Shown: in pieces, positions 46,764-56,911 of the stretch
Layout: each line of letters begins with the position of its first letter
How positions within the stretch are numbered: position 1 is the first letter of the stretch
Origin: a virus
Lineage: Duplodnaviria; Caudoviricetes
Direction: 5' to 3' (one strand)
DNA length: 64,000 nt
Virus record (IMG/VR): IMGVR_UViG_3300012665_000990
Location: 1-64,000 of that record
Notes under the pieces: generated by a model
What the model was told of the DNA's origin: nothing
Databases searched by the model: none
The model's input: the letters and a program-made list of their open reading frames with translations, nothing else
Translations under genes and position numbers: made by a program

Positions 46764-49032
46764 ACCAAATGAAGAGTTAGAAGGTATTTTTGAACGTGCT
46801 GTATTGTTGGCTATCGAAAATAAACATCAATATATTACGTTGGAACACTTTCTACTAAGTTTAGTAAGTGATGAAAAGTTTGGCAAAAAGCTAAATGATT
46901 TTGGTACCGATGTTACAGATTTAAAATTAAATTTGACTAGTTACATTGCAAATGAATTGTCAACTATTGTTAATGAAAATCAAAGTAGCAGACCAAAGAA
47001 AACAAATAGTATTGAACGTATGTTAAATCGTGCGTTTACACAAACATTGTTTGCTGGCCGTACTACTATTGAACCTATTGATTGCTTCTTAAGCATATTG
47101 CATGAAAAGAAAAGTCATGCACATTACTACTTGCGTTTGGCTAAGATTGATAAAGACAAATTTGTAGAGTTTATCAATCAGGAAAACAACACTATTGAAA
47201 ACGGTGAAGAAGCGACTATCCCAGAAAGTAAACTAGAAGCAGTTATTAATAATTTCTGTGTTAACTTGAATAACAGAGTTAAACAAAAGAAAATCGATCC
47301 AGTTATTGGTCGTGAAAAAGAAATTGAAGAGATTCAACTTGTATTGGCACGTAGACACAAATCAAACGTAATGATGATTGGTGATCCTGGTGTAGGTAAG
47401 ACTGCGATTGCTGAAGGTCTTGCTCGTAACATTGTTGAAGGCAAAGTACCAAAGTTTATCGAAGACCACACAGTCTATACATTGGATATCAGTGCGTTAC
47501 TTGCTGGCAGTAAGTATCGTGGTGATTTTGAAGAAAGACTAAAGACTGTACTAACTGCTATTGAAAAGAAAAAGAAAGCTATTCTATTCATTGACGAAGC
47601 ACACATGATGAATGGTGCTGGAGCAAGCAGTGGTCAAAGCAATGACATGGCTAATATGTTAAAACCAGCATTGGCCAAGGGCGGCTTTAAAGTTATTGCC
47701 AGTACTACATGGGAAGAATTCCGCAAGCACTTTGAAAAGGATCGTGCCCTAATGCGCAGATTCCAACGTGTTGTAGTTGACGAGCCAGATGAGGAAACAG
47801 CAATTAAGATCCTTACAGGACTTAAGAAGTATTACGAAAAACATCATGGTGTCAAAATTACCAAACAGGCAATTATCGACAGCGTCAAGTATAGTATCAA
47901 GTACATGAGTGATAAGAAGTTGCCCGACAAGGCAATTGATATTATTGATTGTGCATGTGCTCGTTTTAAGATACGTGACGAAGAAAATGGCACTGTTGAT
48001 CATGACGAAGTAGTTTATGAAGTTGCTAAAATGACTAACTTGCCGTTAGAGCAAGTTGCGGCTAAAGAGACTAAGAAACTTACAAACTTAGAAGATAGTT
48101 TGAAAGCAGAAGTGTTTGGTCAAGAAAATGCCATTGATACATTGCTTGATAAAATTTATATTGCTCAAGCAGGACTTAAATCAGTCAACAAACCAGTTGG
48201 TAGTTTCTTGTTTGTAGGTCCCACTGGTTGTGGTAAAACTGAAACTGCTAAACAGCTGAGTGACAAAATGGGAATTAAACTTGTACGTTTTGATATGAGT
48301 GAGTTCCAAGAAAAACACGCAGTGGCAAAGTTTATTGGTGCACCTCCAGGATATGTTGGCTTTGAAGACAATGCTGGACAATTGATTACTACATTACAAG
48401 AAACACCTAACTGTGTATTGTTATTAGATGAGATTGAAAAAGCACATCCTGATGTTGTTAACGTAATGTTACAATTAATGGATAATGGATTCGTAACTGG
48501 CAGTAATGGTAAGAAAGCAGATGCACGTAACGCCATTATTATCATGACCAGTAACTTAGGTGCCGCAGATAGTGAAAAGAAAAACATTGGCTTTGGCAGT
48601 CAAGAAAAGTTAAGCGAAACTGATACTGCTGTTAATGCGTTCTTTGCTCCAGAGTTTAGAAATCGTTTAGACGGTATTATTAAGTTTAAGAAACTTGGTC
48701 ATAGTGTAATGCTCAAAGTTGTTGACAAGTTTGTGCGTGAAATGAACGAACTAATTTCTGATAAGAATGTGTTTGTACAATTAACAGACGTTGCACGTGA
48801 CTATTTGGTTGAACAAGGATTTAACAGTAAAATGGGCGCACGTCCATTACAAAGAGTAATTGATGATAAAATTAAGAAGCCATTAAGCCGTGAAATACTG
48901 TTTGGTCAATTACTTAACGGTGGAATTGTTAAAGTTGACAAAACAGATGATGGTTTAGTATTTGATTATTTAGATCCTCTACCCGTAGCATTAGAGCCAG
49001 AGGTAATTGAAGATGTCATTTCGGAAGATTGA
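46756..49032 (+). CDS. clpA: ATP-dependent Clp protease ATP-binding subunit ClpA
   Basis: Two AAA+ modules (GDPGVGKT, GPTGCGKT), KYRGDFEER, MGARPL; no ClpB middle domain. Confidence 0.93.
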   Translation: MLEPNEELEGIFERAVLLAIENKHQYITLEHFLLSLVSDEKFGKKLNDFGTDVTDLKLNLTSYIANELSTIVNENQSSRPKKTNSIERMLNRAFTQTLFAGRTTIEPIDCFLSILHEKKSHAHYYLRLAKIDKDKFVEFINQENNTIENGEEATIPESKLEAVINNFCVNLNNRVKQKKIDPVIGREKEIEEIQLVLARRHKSNVMMIGDPGVGKTAIAEGLARNIVEGKVPKFIEDHTVYTLDISALLAGSKYRGDFEERLKTVLTAIEKKKKAILFIDEAHMMNGAGASSGQSNDMANMLKPALAKGGFKVIASTTWEEFRKHFEKDRALMRRFQRVVVDEPDEETAIKILTGLKKYYEKHHGVKITKQAIIDSVKYSIKYMSDKKLPDKAIDIIDCACARFKIRDEENGTVDHDEVVYEVAKMTNLPLEQVAAKETKKLTNLEDSLKAEVFGQENAIDTLLDKIYIAQAGLKSVNKPVGSFLFVGPTGCGKTETAKQLSDKMGIKLVRFDMSEFQEKHAVAKFIGAPPGYVGFEDNAGQLITTLQETPNCVLLLDEIEKAHPDVVNVMLQLMDNGFVTGSNGKKADARNAIIIMTSNLGAADSEKKNIGFGSQEKLSETDTAVNAFFAPEFRNRLDGIIKFKKLGHSVMLKVVDKFVREMNELISDKNVFVQLTDVARDYLVEQGFNSKMGARPLQRVIDDKIKKPLSREILFGQLLNGGIVKVDKTDDGLVFDYLDPLPVALEPEVIEDVISED

Positions 49033-49723
49033 TACTAAAAAGCTATTTTATAAAAAATGGCTGTATAAGATTGTTATAGAAAGCAAAGGACTTGGACATT
49101 TACATAGAAGTAATTGTGCAGATCAATTGCTTTCACTTCCTCCCGAAACCCCTTTAGATAATAGATGGGGTTCGGTTATTATATATGACAAAAAGAAGGA
49201 CGTTTGGAATAATAGAAAAGACCTTCTTAATCTAACAGCCTTTTTAGAATTAACTTTACTTGATAAAGAGTTTCAAACTAGATACGAAAGTGACAGGGTT
49301 AGTATTTTTACCAATGACACACAACTGGTAACTGTTATATCTGATGGTATTAAAACTTTTATAAAAGAAATTCACAGTCCTCACAGTGACGAAGAAGCTG
49401 TATTCCTAAGTTCAAATAAGAATAAAGTAATCTGTACAACACTACCCCACGAAAAATTTAGGTATAAAATGTACTTTAAAGATGGAAATAGACCATCTAC
49501 ATCATTCTTAAACGACTTTCTAACGTGGACTAGCAAATTTAATGATGGAAGAATTCATATTCCTGACGGAACTCGACGAATTTTAGCAGGTAACGCATAT
49601 CCTTATTTCTATGGACACTATTTCTATGCCAAGGATCAAAAAATAGCCAGTATGGCTATGTTGTATGTTGGTGAGCATTTACACAGAACTGAAGAGTTTA
49701 TATTAAAGGAAGAAATCGCTTAA
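49013..49723 (+). CDS. Hypothetical protein
   Basis: Coupled ORF, internal repeat of KxxYKxxF motif. Confidence 0.65.
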   Translation: MSFRKIDTKKLFYKKWLYKIVIESKGLGHLHRSNCADQLLSLPPETPLDNRWGSVIIYDKKKDVWNNRKDLLNLTAFLELTLLDKEFQTRYESDRVSIFTNDTQLVTVISDGIKTFIKEIHSPHSDEEAVFLSSNKNKVICTTLPHEKFRYKMYFKDGNRPSTSFLNDFLTWTSKFNDGRIHIPDGTRRILAGNAYPYFYGHYFYAKDQKIASMAMLYVGEHLHRTEEFILKEEIA

Positions 49724-49733
49724 ATATTATACT

Positions 49734-50123
49734 ATGCCAAAACTCAGCGAAACATTACAATTTACAGTTAGACAAGTCACTAGTGGGTCAGTCACTTATG
49801 AGCCTTCTATGACATTGAGATCTACCGGAACTTACACTTATTACAGTGAAAAAGTCAAAGGTGATGGCTACTATCTTGGGCATACCATGTTACATACAGT
49901 GACGTATAGCCCTAATTTGATGGTAGGCGATGTAGTAATGCAAGCTACTCTTGCAACTGAACCAACAGATAACGACTGGTTTAATATAGATAGTACATAC
50001 AGTAGTTTCAACAAGAACCCCAACGATATTAAATTCTTTAATTTCAGTGGAAATTTTGTGTGGATTCGAGCTAAAGTTAACATTTCTGGTGGGAATTTTG
50101 GTGGAATTCTGTACAATCACTAA
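49734..50123 (+). CDS. Hypothetical (probably late/virion) protein
   Basis: TAAATA 7 nt upstream; SEKVKGDGYY..HTV..FVWIRA. Confidence 0.65.
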   Translation: MPKLSETLQFTVRQVTSGSVTYEPSMTLRSTGTYTYYSEKVKGDGYYLGHTMLHTVTYSPNLMVGDVVMQATLATEPTDNDWFNIDSTYSSFNKNPNDIKFFNFSGNFVWIRAKVNISGGNFGGILYNH

Positions 50124-50214
50124 TTCATATCCCATTACGTTACAAATAAATACATGATAGATTACTGTCATGTATTTTTGCGTTTCAGTCAAATTAAAAT
50201 GGGTCATATAAATT

Positions 50215-50571
50215 ATGTTTTTAAGAGAATTTTTTAGTCAAAACACAAGCGTTGATAAAGAAGAAGAATCCAGTGAGGAACTATGTAAAGACCTCATGGC
50301 ATATATCTTAGATCATGATGACCTTCATAAGAAATTAATGATCCCTATTCTTAACGATGTTAAGAAAGAAATAGCAAACAAAACATACGACAAGAAAACA
50401 GCCTATAAAAAGTATGACGAACTAGTTGATACAGCCTGTGTAATGTTTTATAAAGATGAAAAACTACAGGGCGACCCAAATAAATTATTCCCTGCCCCAT
50501 TAAGAGTTAAAGTTGCTCGACAATTGGCCCAAATTAACCAAGAGAGTCATAAAGAGCATGAGGATAACTGA
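50215..50571 (+). CDS. Hypothetical protein (MFLREFF leader)
   Basis: First gene of the leader-bearing cluster. Confidence 0.65.
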   Translation: MFLREFFSQNTSVDKEEESSEELCKDLMAYILDHDDLHKKLMIPILNDVKKEIANKTYDKKTAYKKYDELVDTACVMFYKDEKLQGDPNKLFPAPLRVKVARQLAQINQESHKEHEDN

Positions 50572-51574
50572 ACTTTTTGAGGGCGGTTGGGACACTACTA
50601 AAACTCAACAAACTGTATTACATCCAAAGATAGTCAGTGTGGCTCTCAAGGTAGTAGATCAGTTTGTTTCTGATTTCAACAACTATCTAAAAAAACAAAA
50701 TATCCCTCCAATTAAACGTGGAAAGCCTACAGGTAGTAGTGCTTATCATGAACAAGACTCGGTTGAGAGACCTGATGTTATATATGGCGATATTGATTTA
50801 CAAATGATTGGTAATCCTGTAGAAGGATTAACGTATGGTCAATTTACTAGTTATTGGAATGATCTTGCAGACAAATTTGTTACAACAATACATCCGCAAT
50901 ATGTAGACACTAGTGAAAGCAAACCAGGACATCCCATATTTCAAGTTGGTCAAGATCAATACGTACAAGTTGATTTTATGTGGCATGAAGAAAAGATGGC
51001 AGAATGGGGTGCGGCACGTGTAACACCAGAACGTGGAATGAAGGGATTGCTAATGGGCAATATGTTTAGTGTGTTAGGTGAACTGCTAAACATGAGTATT
51101 CAACACGCAGGCGTTCAATTAAAAACAGTAAATGGACAACAAGTACCATTTAGTAAACAAAAAGGTGTTGAAGTTCAAACTCTCAGTATTAACCCAAGAA
51201 CGTTTGTATACGATATCTTCAATTACCTACATCAACAAATTTTAGGTACACCAGCTAAAAAAGTTGATCCTCTGTTAAAACAATTTCCAGGTAACAATAT
51301 TGACGATGTTAAAATTGCCACTATGGTAAATGCTGTTAAAGGCTTTGCTCGTAGTTGCGAGCTAAATCAGATGTTTGGGCAGGGCGCATTAGAGCCATAT
51401 GCTAGTGCAGATGATTTTTTACAAAAGTTTTTAGCACGATACGATGAGAAAGCACAAATTGACATTGCAGGTAAGAAGCGTGACAAAGCAACAACCCCCG
51501 AAGCAATTGCTCGTGCAAATGCAGATCGTGAAAAGATACAAGGTGGTTTAGATATAGTTAAGGGGTTATTTTAA
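50558..51574 (+). CDS. Pol-beta-superfamily nucleotidyltransferase-like protein (MRITELFE leader)
   Basis: PTGSS...YGDIDL plus later VQVDF; start at ATG 50558. Confidence 0.6.
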   Translation: MRITELFEGGWDTTKTQQTVLHPKIVSVALKVVDQFVSDFNNYLKKQNIPPIKRGKPTGSSAYHEQDSVERPDVIYGDIDLQMIGNPVEGLTYGQFTSYWNDLADKFVTTIHPQYVDTSESKPGHPIFQVGQDQYVQVDFMWHEEKMAEWGAARVTPERGMKGLLMGNMFSVLGELLNMSIQHAGVQLKTVNGQQVPFSKQKGVEVQTLSINPRTFVYDIFNYLHQQILGTPAKKVDPLLKQFPGNNIDDVKIATMVNAVKGFARSCELNQMFGQGALEPYASADDFLQKFLARYDEKAQIDIAGKKRDKATTPEAIARANADREKIQGGLDIVKGLF

Positions 51575-52413
51575 TGCGTATTAATGAATTATTATTTGAA
51601 GCAGGGAAAAGACTTGCTAGTCAAGGTATTGAAGTGTCACGTGTTAATAAACAAGACTTTTTAACTGCCAAAGGCGCACTTGACCCTATATTAAAGAAAG
51701 CAGGCATTGTTGGTGGTTGGACTGCTGGCGGTGCTGGAAGTTTTGATCCAGAGCACCCATATGGTGGCGGTGGCAGAGAAGACAGTGGTGACATTGATAT
51801 TATGATTGATCCACAAAATTTAACAAAACAATTTCCTCCAGACATAGAAGCATATAATTCTGCCAGTGCTAAACCAATTGGTCCAAAAGCAATGGCAAAT
51901 GTTCTAGCAGATCCTGCTAAAAAAGCAAAATTAGAAATGAGTTCAAGTAAATGGGCATTAGCTGATTACATGAGCAGAAGTGGATTCCGTACTGACCCAG
52001 GAACACTAACTGTTGAATATGGTGCAGGTGGTAAAACATTTTCAGTAGACTTAATTGTGCGTCCAAAAGAATCATGGGAACTACATACACATGACTTTGC
52101 TAAAGATACAACAATGCGTGGTGGCGATTTATGGATACAGATGTATCCAGTACTGGCTAAACTTGCTAGCCAAAAAACTTTTATTGATCCAAAGACAGGT
52201 GAAGAAAAAGGCAACTTGCAGTTTAGTCCAGACAGAGGCCTAGTAGATAGAGATACCAATCAAGTCATTGCTATTAAGAAAGATGACATTGCTAAAATAC
52301 TATTAGGACCACAAGCAACTGCTAGAGACTTAGCCAGCATGAGTGGTATTAGAGCCGCACTAGCAAAACAGCCGCAAAAGTTATCCCAATTACCCCAACA
52401 GCAAACACAATAA
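51574..52413 (+). CDS. Pol-beta-superfamily nucleotidyltransferase-like protein (MRINELLFE leader)
   Basis: GAGS-x13-GDIDI plus later FSVDLI. Confidence 0.6.
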   Translation: MRINELLFEAGKRLASQGIEVSRVNKQDFLTAKGALDPILKKAGIVGGWTAGGAGSFDPEHPYGGGGREDSGDIDIMIDPQNLTKQFPPDIEAYNSASAKPIGPKAMANVLADPAKKAKLEMSSSKWALADYMSRSGFRTDPGTLTVEYGAGGKTFSVDLIVRPKESWELHTHDFAKDTTMRGGDLWIQMYPVLAKLASQKTFIDPKTGEEKGNLQFSPDRGLVDRDTNQVIAIKKDDIAKILLGPQATARDLASMSGIRAALAKQPQKLSQLPQQQTQ

Positions 52414-52423
52414 ATATAACATT

Positions 52424-54319
52424 ATGTATTTGATAGAACTTTTTACACCATCTCGCAAAGCAATTATGGAAGGCATTGACCATCCAGAAGACCTTATTAT
52501 CTCTCAAGGTAGTACAGGTGCAGATCGTGTTCTAAAAGATTTAGCAAGTTTACAAACAGATCCAAGTACAGTGAGTGTTAAATGGGATGGATTCCCTGCC
52601 GTTGTTTTTGGTCGAGATGAAAATGGTAGTTTAGTATTCATGGACAAGCACATGTATGACAAAGTTGTCAAAGGTGCTATGAGTTTTATGAGTATTAAAG
52701 ATTATGATATATCACGTGATGCAAATCGTGGCGACTTGTGGGAAAAAGAAAGTGTACTAAGACCAGCATTAGAGAAAGCTGTACCAAATGTAAAAAATCA
52801 ATTTTGGATGGGTGATCTAATGTGGACTGGAACTCCGCCAACAAGTGATGGTTATTTTGTATTCAAACCAAACACAGTTGAATATCGTGTACAAATAGAT
52901 GACGGCAAGGGAAATAGTTTAGGTGACAAAATTGCTAGAAGTATTGGCGGTATTGCTGTACACACATATATTCCTGGTATTGGTTCAGGTGATCAACCAT
53001 TAGTAGGATTAAAAGGTTTATCAGAAGATACAGGTGTTGTATTTTTGGTTGGTGAAATGAAAGACAAACCACGTGTCGGAATTAACACAGACCTATTAGC
53101 AGAAACACAAACTATTATTAATAACCATAGAACAGATGTTGATGAGTTTATTAAAGATTTAACAGCAATGAAGGGCAAGGCAGTTATTACTGCTATGGGC
53201 CCTTTCATTACACGTATGCTGGAAGAGAACGATATACAAACTAATATAGTTCCACGCTTCTTAGAATTTTTAAAAGAACGTTTAAATGAAACTGCACAGG
53301 CAAAATTCTTAGGTGCTAATAAAGATGGCTGGTTATATCAAGAAGGTCAAGGCGGACCAGGCTTACTAGGCATTTGGACCATGTGGGCCGCCATTGTTGA
53401 TTTAAAACTGCATATCAAACAACAAATTGATACACAGCAACAAGGTAGTGAAGTTATTGCTATCACTGACGGACTAAATGCACACGAAGGTTATGTGTTT
53501 GGTGCAGGTAAAGACAAATTAAAATTAATTGATCGTTTAGGATTTAGCCGTGCTAACTTTGCTAAACATAAAGTACCAGATGAAGAGATTGCACAAAAGA
53601 GTAAAATGCCTTTGGCAACATTCTGTTTTGGTCGTATGAACCCTCCTACAATGGGTCACGGTTTAGTAATGAACAAGACTATTGAGGCGGGTGGTGAAAA
53701 TTCTTTTGTATTCTTAAGTAATAGTGTTGGTACTGATGATCCATTAGATCCAAATACAAAAGCACAATTCATTGCACAAATTTATCCAGAAGTTGCTAGT
53801 CATATTGTAACTGATTACGTACAAGGTCCAATTTATGCGGCTAATTGGTTATACCAAAAAGGTTATCGCAACATGGCATTTGTTGCTGGCAGTGATAGAC
53901 TAGGCAAAGAAAAAGGCAGTATTGAAAAATTATTAACTAGTTGGAACAGTGGTCCTATTCGTAGCACGGATCCAGCTGGAGCACGTGAACACGTGGTTAT
54001 GCAATATATCAGTGCAGGTCAACGTGATGCTGATGCAGAAGGTGTAGAAGGTTACAGTGGAACTAAAGCTCGGCAAGCCGCAGTTGCTGGCAACGAACAA
54101 CAATTCCAACAATTTACTGGTGTTGGTAATGATGTTATAGTTAACGGAAAAACTTTATACCAAACAGTAAGAGAAGGTTTAGGAATTAAAGATCAAGCGC
54201 AAAAACCTGCGCCAGTACAACAAAAACAACCTGTGCAACAACCTGCACAACAAACACAAGTTACTAAAAAAATTCCTGGTAAGGCACCAGCCAAAGTAGG
54301 AGCAGAGGAACAACTATGA
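52424..54319 (+). CDS. Fusion of ligase-fold (DUF6267-like) domain and HxGH-type cytidylyl/adenylyltransferase-like domain
   Basis: SVKWDG, GDLM, HEGYV, LKLIDR (ligase motifs I/III/IV/V-like); FGRMNPPTMGH and VAGSDR Rossmann motifs. Confidence 0.65.
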   Translation: MYLIELFTPSRKAIMEGIDHPEDLIISQGSTGADRVLKDLASLQTDPSTVSVKWDGFPAVVFGRDENGSLVFMDKHMYDKVVKGAMSFMSIKDYDISRDANRGDLWEKESVLRPALEKAVPNVKNQFWMGDLMWTGTPPTSDGYFVFKPNTVEYRVQIDDGKGNSLGDKIARSIGGIAVHTYIPGIGSGDQPLVGLKGLSEDTGVVFLVGEMKDKPRVGINTDLLAETQTIINNHRTDVDEFIKDLTAMKGKAVITAMGPFITRMLEENDIQTNIVPRFLEFLKERLNETAQAKFLGANKDGWLYQEGQGGPGLLGIWTMWAAIVDLKLHIKQQIDTQQQGSEVIAITDGLNAHEGYVFGAGKDKLKLIDRLGFSRANFAKHKVPDEEIAQKSKMPLATFCFGRMNPPTMGHGLVMNKTIEAGGENSFVFLSNSVGTDDPLDPNTKAQFIAQIYPEVASHIVTDYVQGPIYAANWLYQKGYRNMAFVAGSDRLGKEKGSIEKLLTSWNSGPIRSTDPAGAREHVVMQYISAGQRDADAEGVEGYSGTKARQAAVAGNEQQFQQFTGVGNDVIVNGKTLYQTVREGLGIKDQAQKPAPVQQKQPVQQPAQQTQVTKKIPGKAPAKVGAEEQL

Positions 54320-55536
54320 AAATCACACAAATAATTGAACATAAAAAAGGTGTTCGTGCAGTTAAGGCAACTGTTAAGCCAAGAAACTTTGTTGCTAAAA
54401 ATGCAATTCAAAGTGGTGCTGGGGCACACAAAGATAAAAAGAAAGCAGCCAAACAAGGTGATGTTAAGCACAAAGCCCAATCAGTTGCAGAAGGTATTGG
54501 CGATACAATTTCTACCGTTGCTACAAAAGTTGGCGATGCACTAGCAGGTGCTTTACCAAAAGAATATAGACCTTTTGATAATGATACTGCCGCTAAAAAT
54601 CAACAATCAATGAAAGTGGCTAAAAACGAAAGCAATGCCGAGTACGATGATGAAGCTGGTATGGCTGACAACAATCTTGAAACACTTCGTCGTGCCGTGG
54701 ACGGCATTGACGATGTTATCAATGCAGGCGATAACTTGCCTGAATGGTGTCAAGAAAAGATTGCAGTGGCTAAATCAATGTTAATAGCAGTGTGGGATTA
54801 TATGCGTTCAGAAGAAGAACGTGGCGTAAACGAACAAGTTGGTACCTATTCTAGCAGTAATATGCAAATGTCAGTAGACGGTGCTAGACAACTAGCTACT
54901 ACAGATTTACTTAGAAAAAAATACGGAGACAATTTCCAAGATAAACCAGGAAATGGGATGCACTATAATCAAGAAGTCAAAACAATAGCTGATCCTAAAA
55001 ACCCTGGGAAATATCACTCAACGGTAACATTAAAACCAAAAGATTATACGCTATCACCAAATATATCAGCAAGACCTAGCATGGATCCTAATCAAGACTT
55101 TGATTATTTCCATAAAGGTGAACAACTAAAATCAGATCATCCACTTTTTAATAAAGTTAAGCAGATGCACATTGACAGTTTAAACCCTGTGGCTGAACCA
55201 GATGTAAAAGAATCAAGAATGACAGAAGTATCACGCAACCCAGATACAATGAGCGCAACTGATTATGACCGTTACCAACAAGGTCAAATGGACCAACAAA
55301 AGCGCAATTTCAAACGTGACGAAATGGAACACGAACTTGGCGACGAAGATCGCGGAATGTATTTTGTTGTGATTGCCAAGAATGGTAAATGGGAACATAC
55401 TAAGGCGCAGCCTAGACAAGAAGGTATGAATGCCGCACAAAAAGTAATCAATGCATTACACGCCAAATATCCTAGTATGCATTTAGGTATGCAAGGACCA
55501 GACGGCAAAGTATATAATATGGGTAAAGGCAAATAA
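54316..55536 (+). CDS. Modular probable internal-head protein (MKITQIIE leader)
   Basis: YDDEAGMA..NLPEWCQEKIAVA module; recurring hydrophobic-x-E sites. Confidence 0.55.
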   Translation: MKITQIIEHKKGVRAVKATVKPRNFVAKNAIQSGAGAHKDKKKAAKQGDVKHKAQSVAEGIGDTISTVATKVGDALAGALPKEYRPFDNDTAAKNQQSMKVAKNESNAEYDDEAGMADNNLETLRRAVDGIDDVINAGDNLPEWCQEKIAVAKSMLIAVWDYMRSEEERGVNEQVGTYSSSNMQMSVDGARQLATTDLLRKKYGDNFQDKPGNGMHYNQEVKTIADPKNPGKYHSTVTLKPKDYTLSPNISARPSMDPNQDFDYFHKGEQLKSDHPLFNKVKQMHIDSLNPVAEPDVKESRMTEVSRNPDTMSATDYDRYQQGQMDQQKRNFKRDEMEHELGDEDRGMYFVVIAKNGKWEHTKAQPRQEGMNAAQKVINALHAKYPSMHLGMQGPDGKVYNMGKGK

Positions 55537-55537
55537 G

Positions 55538-55972
55538 ATGGACAAGTATCAATTAGCTCTTAAAACAGCGTTTGCAAGTGAGTATGCATTTGCAATCAAA
55601 GCACAAAACTTTCATTGGAATGTAGAAGGTTCTCTGTTTCCACAACTACACGAGTTGTTTGAAAAAATTTATACAGAAGTTTATGGAAGCATTGACACTT
55701 TTGCAGAGCAATTACGTGCATTACAGATATATGCTCCCGCTAGTTTACAAAAATTTAGTATGCTATCAGTAGTTGAAGATGAAAACGAAATCCTTGAGCA
55801 AGGCGCTATGGTTGGTGAGCTATTAGATGATAGCGAAAAAATGGCTAACATTTTTAAATTAACATTTAGCATGGCTGAACAAGCTGGTGATCATGGGTTA
55901 AGTAACTTTTTAGCTGATCGTCAAGACGCACATAAGAAACACAGTTGGATGCTACGTAGCACGTTAAAATGA
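55538..55972 (+). CDS. dps: Dps/ferritin-like protein
   Basis: FHWNVEG..F..LHELF, DTFAEQLR, HKKHSWML. Confidence 0.92.
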   Translation: MDKYQLALKTAFASEYAFAIKAQNFHWNVEGSLFPQLHELFEKIYTEVYGSIDTFAEQLRALQIYAPASLQKFSMLSVVEDENEILEQGAMVGELLDDSEKMANIFKLTFSMAEQAGDHGLSNFLADRQDAHKKHSWMLRSTLK

Positions 55973-56256
55973 AACAGTATAAGATTACTACAGAAAATTT
56001 AAATCAAGATACAGATGAAGATTGTTATCTTGACAGTAGTGATCCTATACATGAATTAAAAGCAATACAACACTTAGCAGGCCTTAATAGGCATTTAAAA
56101 GAATATAAAGGTTTAGAAGGTAGCAACATAAGTGGGACAGGTAACGAAAAAGGTCAGTTAATGAAGCAACATAATATTAAACCAGGAACTCCAGAATGGT
56201 TCCAATTATGGTTTAGTTTGCCTTATATGACTGGCGAAAAGCCTGTAGGGAAATAA
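55969..56256 (+). CDS. Hypothetical protein
   Basis: IKPGTPEWFQLWF segment; starts MKQYKITTE. Confidence 0.65.
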   Translation: MKQYKITTENLNQDTDEDCYLDSSDPIHELKAIQHLAGLNRHLKEYKGLEGSNISGTGNEKGQLMKQHNIKPGTPEWFQLWFSLPYMTGEKPVGK

Positions 56257-56257
56257 G

Positions 56258-56911
56258 ATGCGTATAACTGAATTATTAGAAACTGTTGCCAAAAAACCTG
56301 AAGAAGTGGATCAGTCCAATCTAGCCACTATACAGGGAAATGTTTACGGTAATGAAAGCGGTTATGGAAAGGCCGATACTACTAAACCAAACTATGCTGG
56401 TGCTTTAGGTCCAATGCAAATACTACCTAGTACATTTGACTGGATGAAACAAGCAAAGATAATTCCAACTGAATATGATATCAATAATCCTGATCAAAAT
56501 AGAGCGGCAGGCGATGCATTGTTAGGACACTATCATAAAAAATATCAAGGCGACCCTGCAAAAGTATATGCGGCGTATTACGCTGGCCCTGGAGCAATAA
56601 ATAAAGATGGAAGTATTAATACTCACTGGAGAGATTTAAAAAATCCCAAAGCACCAACTGTAGGACAGTATATTGAAAAAGCAATGGCTAGAAGTGGTGG
56701 CAACACTAATAGTTTTATGGCGTCAATTAATAATGCGCCAAGTGCTGTTAAAGATTACGTTAGTTCAACATATGGTAGTATCAAAGACTTTGTAAGTTCA
56801 ATGTCAAGGCCAGAAACAACGTTTGATCCAGAAGAAGAAAAACGTAAAGAAGAACTTAAAAAGAAACGCAAGGCATTGGCAGCATTAAAGGCGCAAGGAA
56901 AGACAGCATGA
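56258..56911 (+). CDS. SLT-type lytic transglycosylase (MRITELLE leader)
   Basis: NESG (catalytic Glu), GALGPMQILPSTF, AAYYAGPG. Confidence 0.82.
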   Translation: MRITELLETVAKKPEEVDQSNLATIQGNVYGNESGYGKADTTKPNYAGALGPMQILPSTFDWMKQAKIIPTEYDINNPDQNRAAGDALLGHYHKKYQGDPAKVYAAYYAGPGAINKDGSINTHWRDLKNPKAPTVGQYIEKAMARSGGNTNSFMASINNAPSAVKDYVSSTYGSIKDFVSSMSRPETTFDPEEEKRKEELKKKRKALAALKAQGKTA

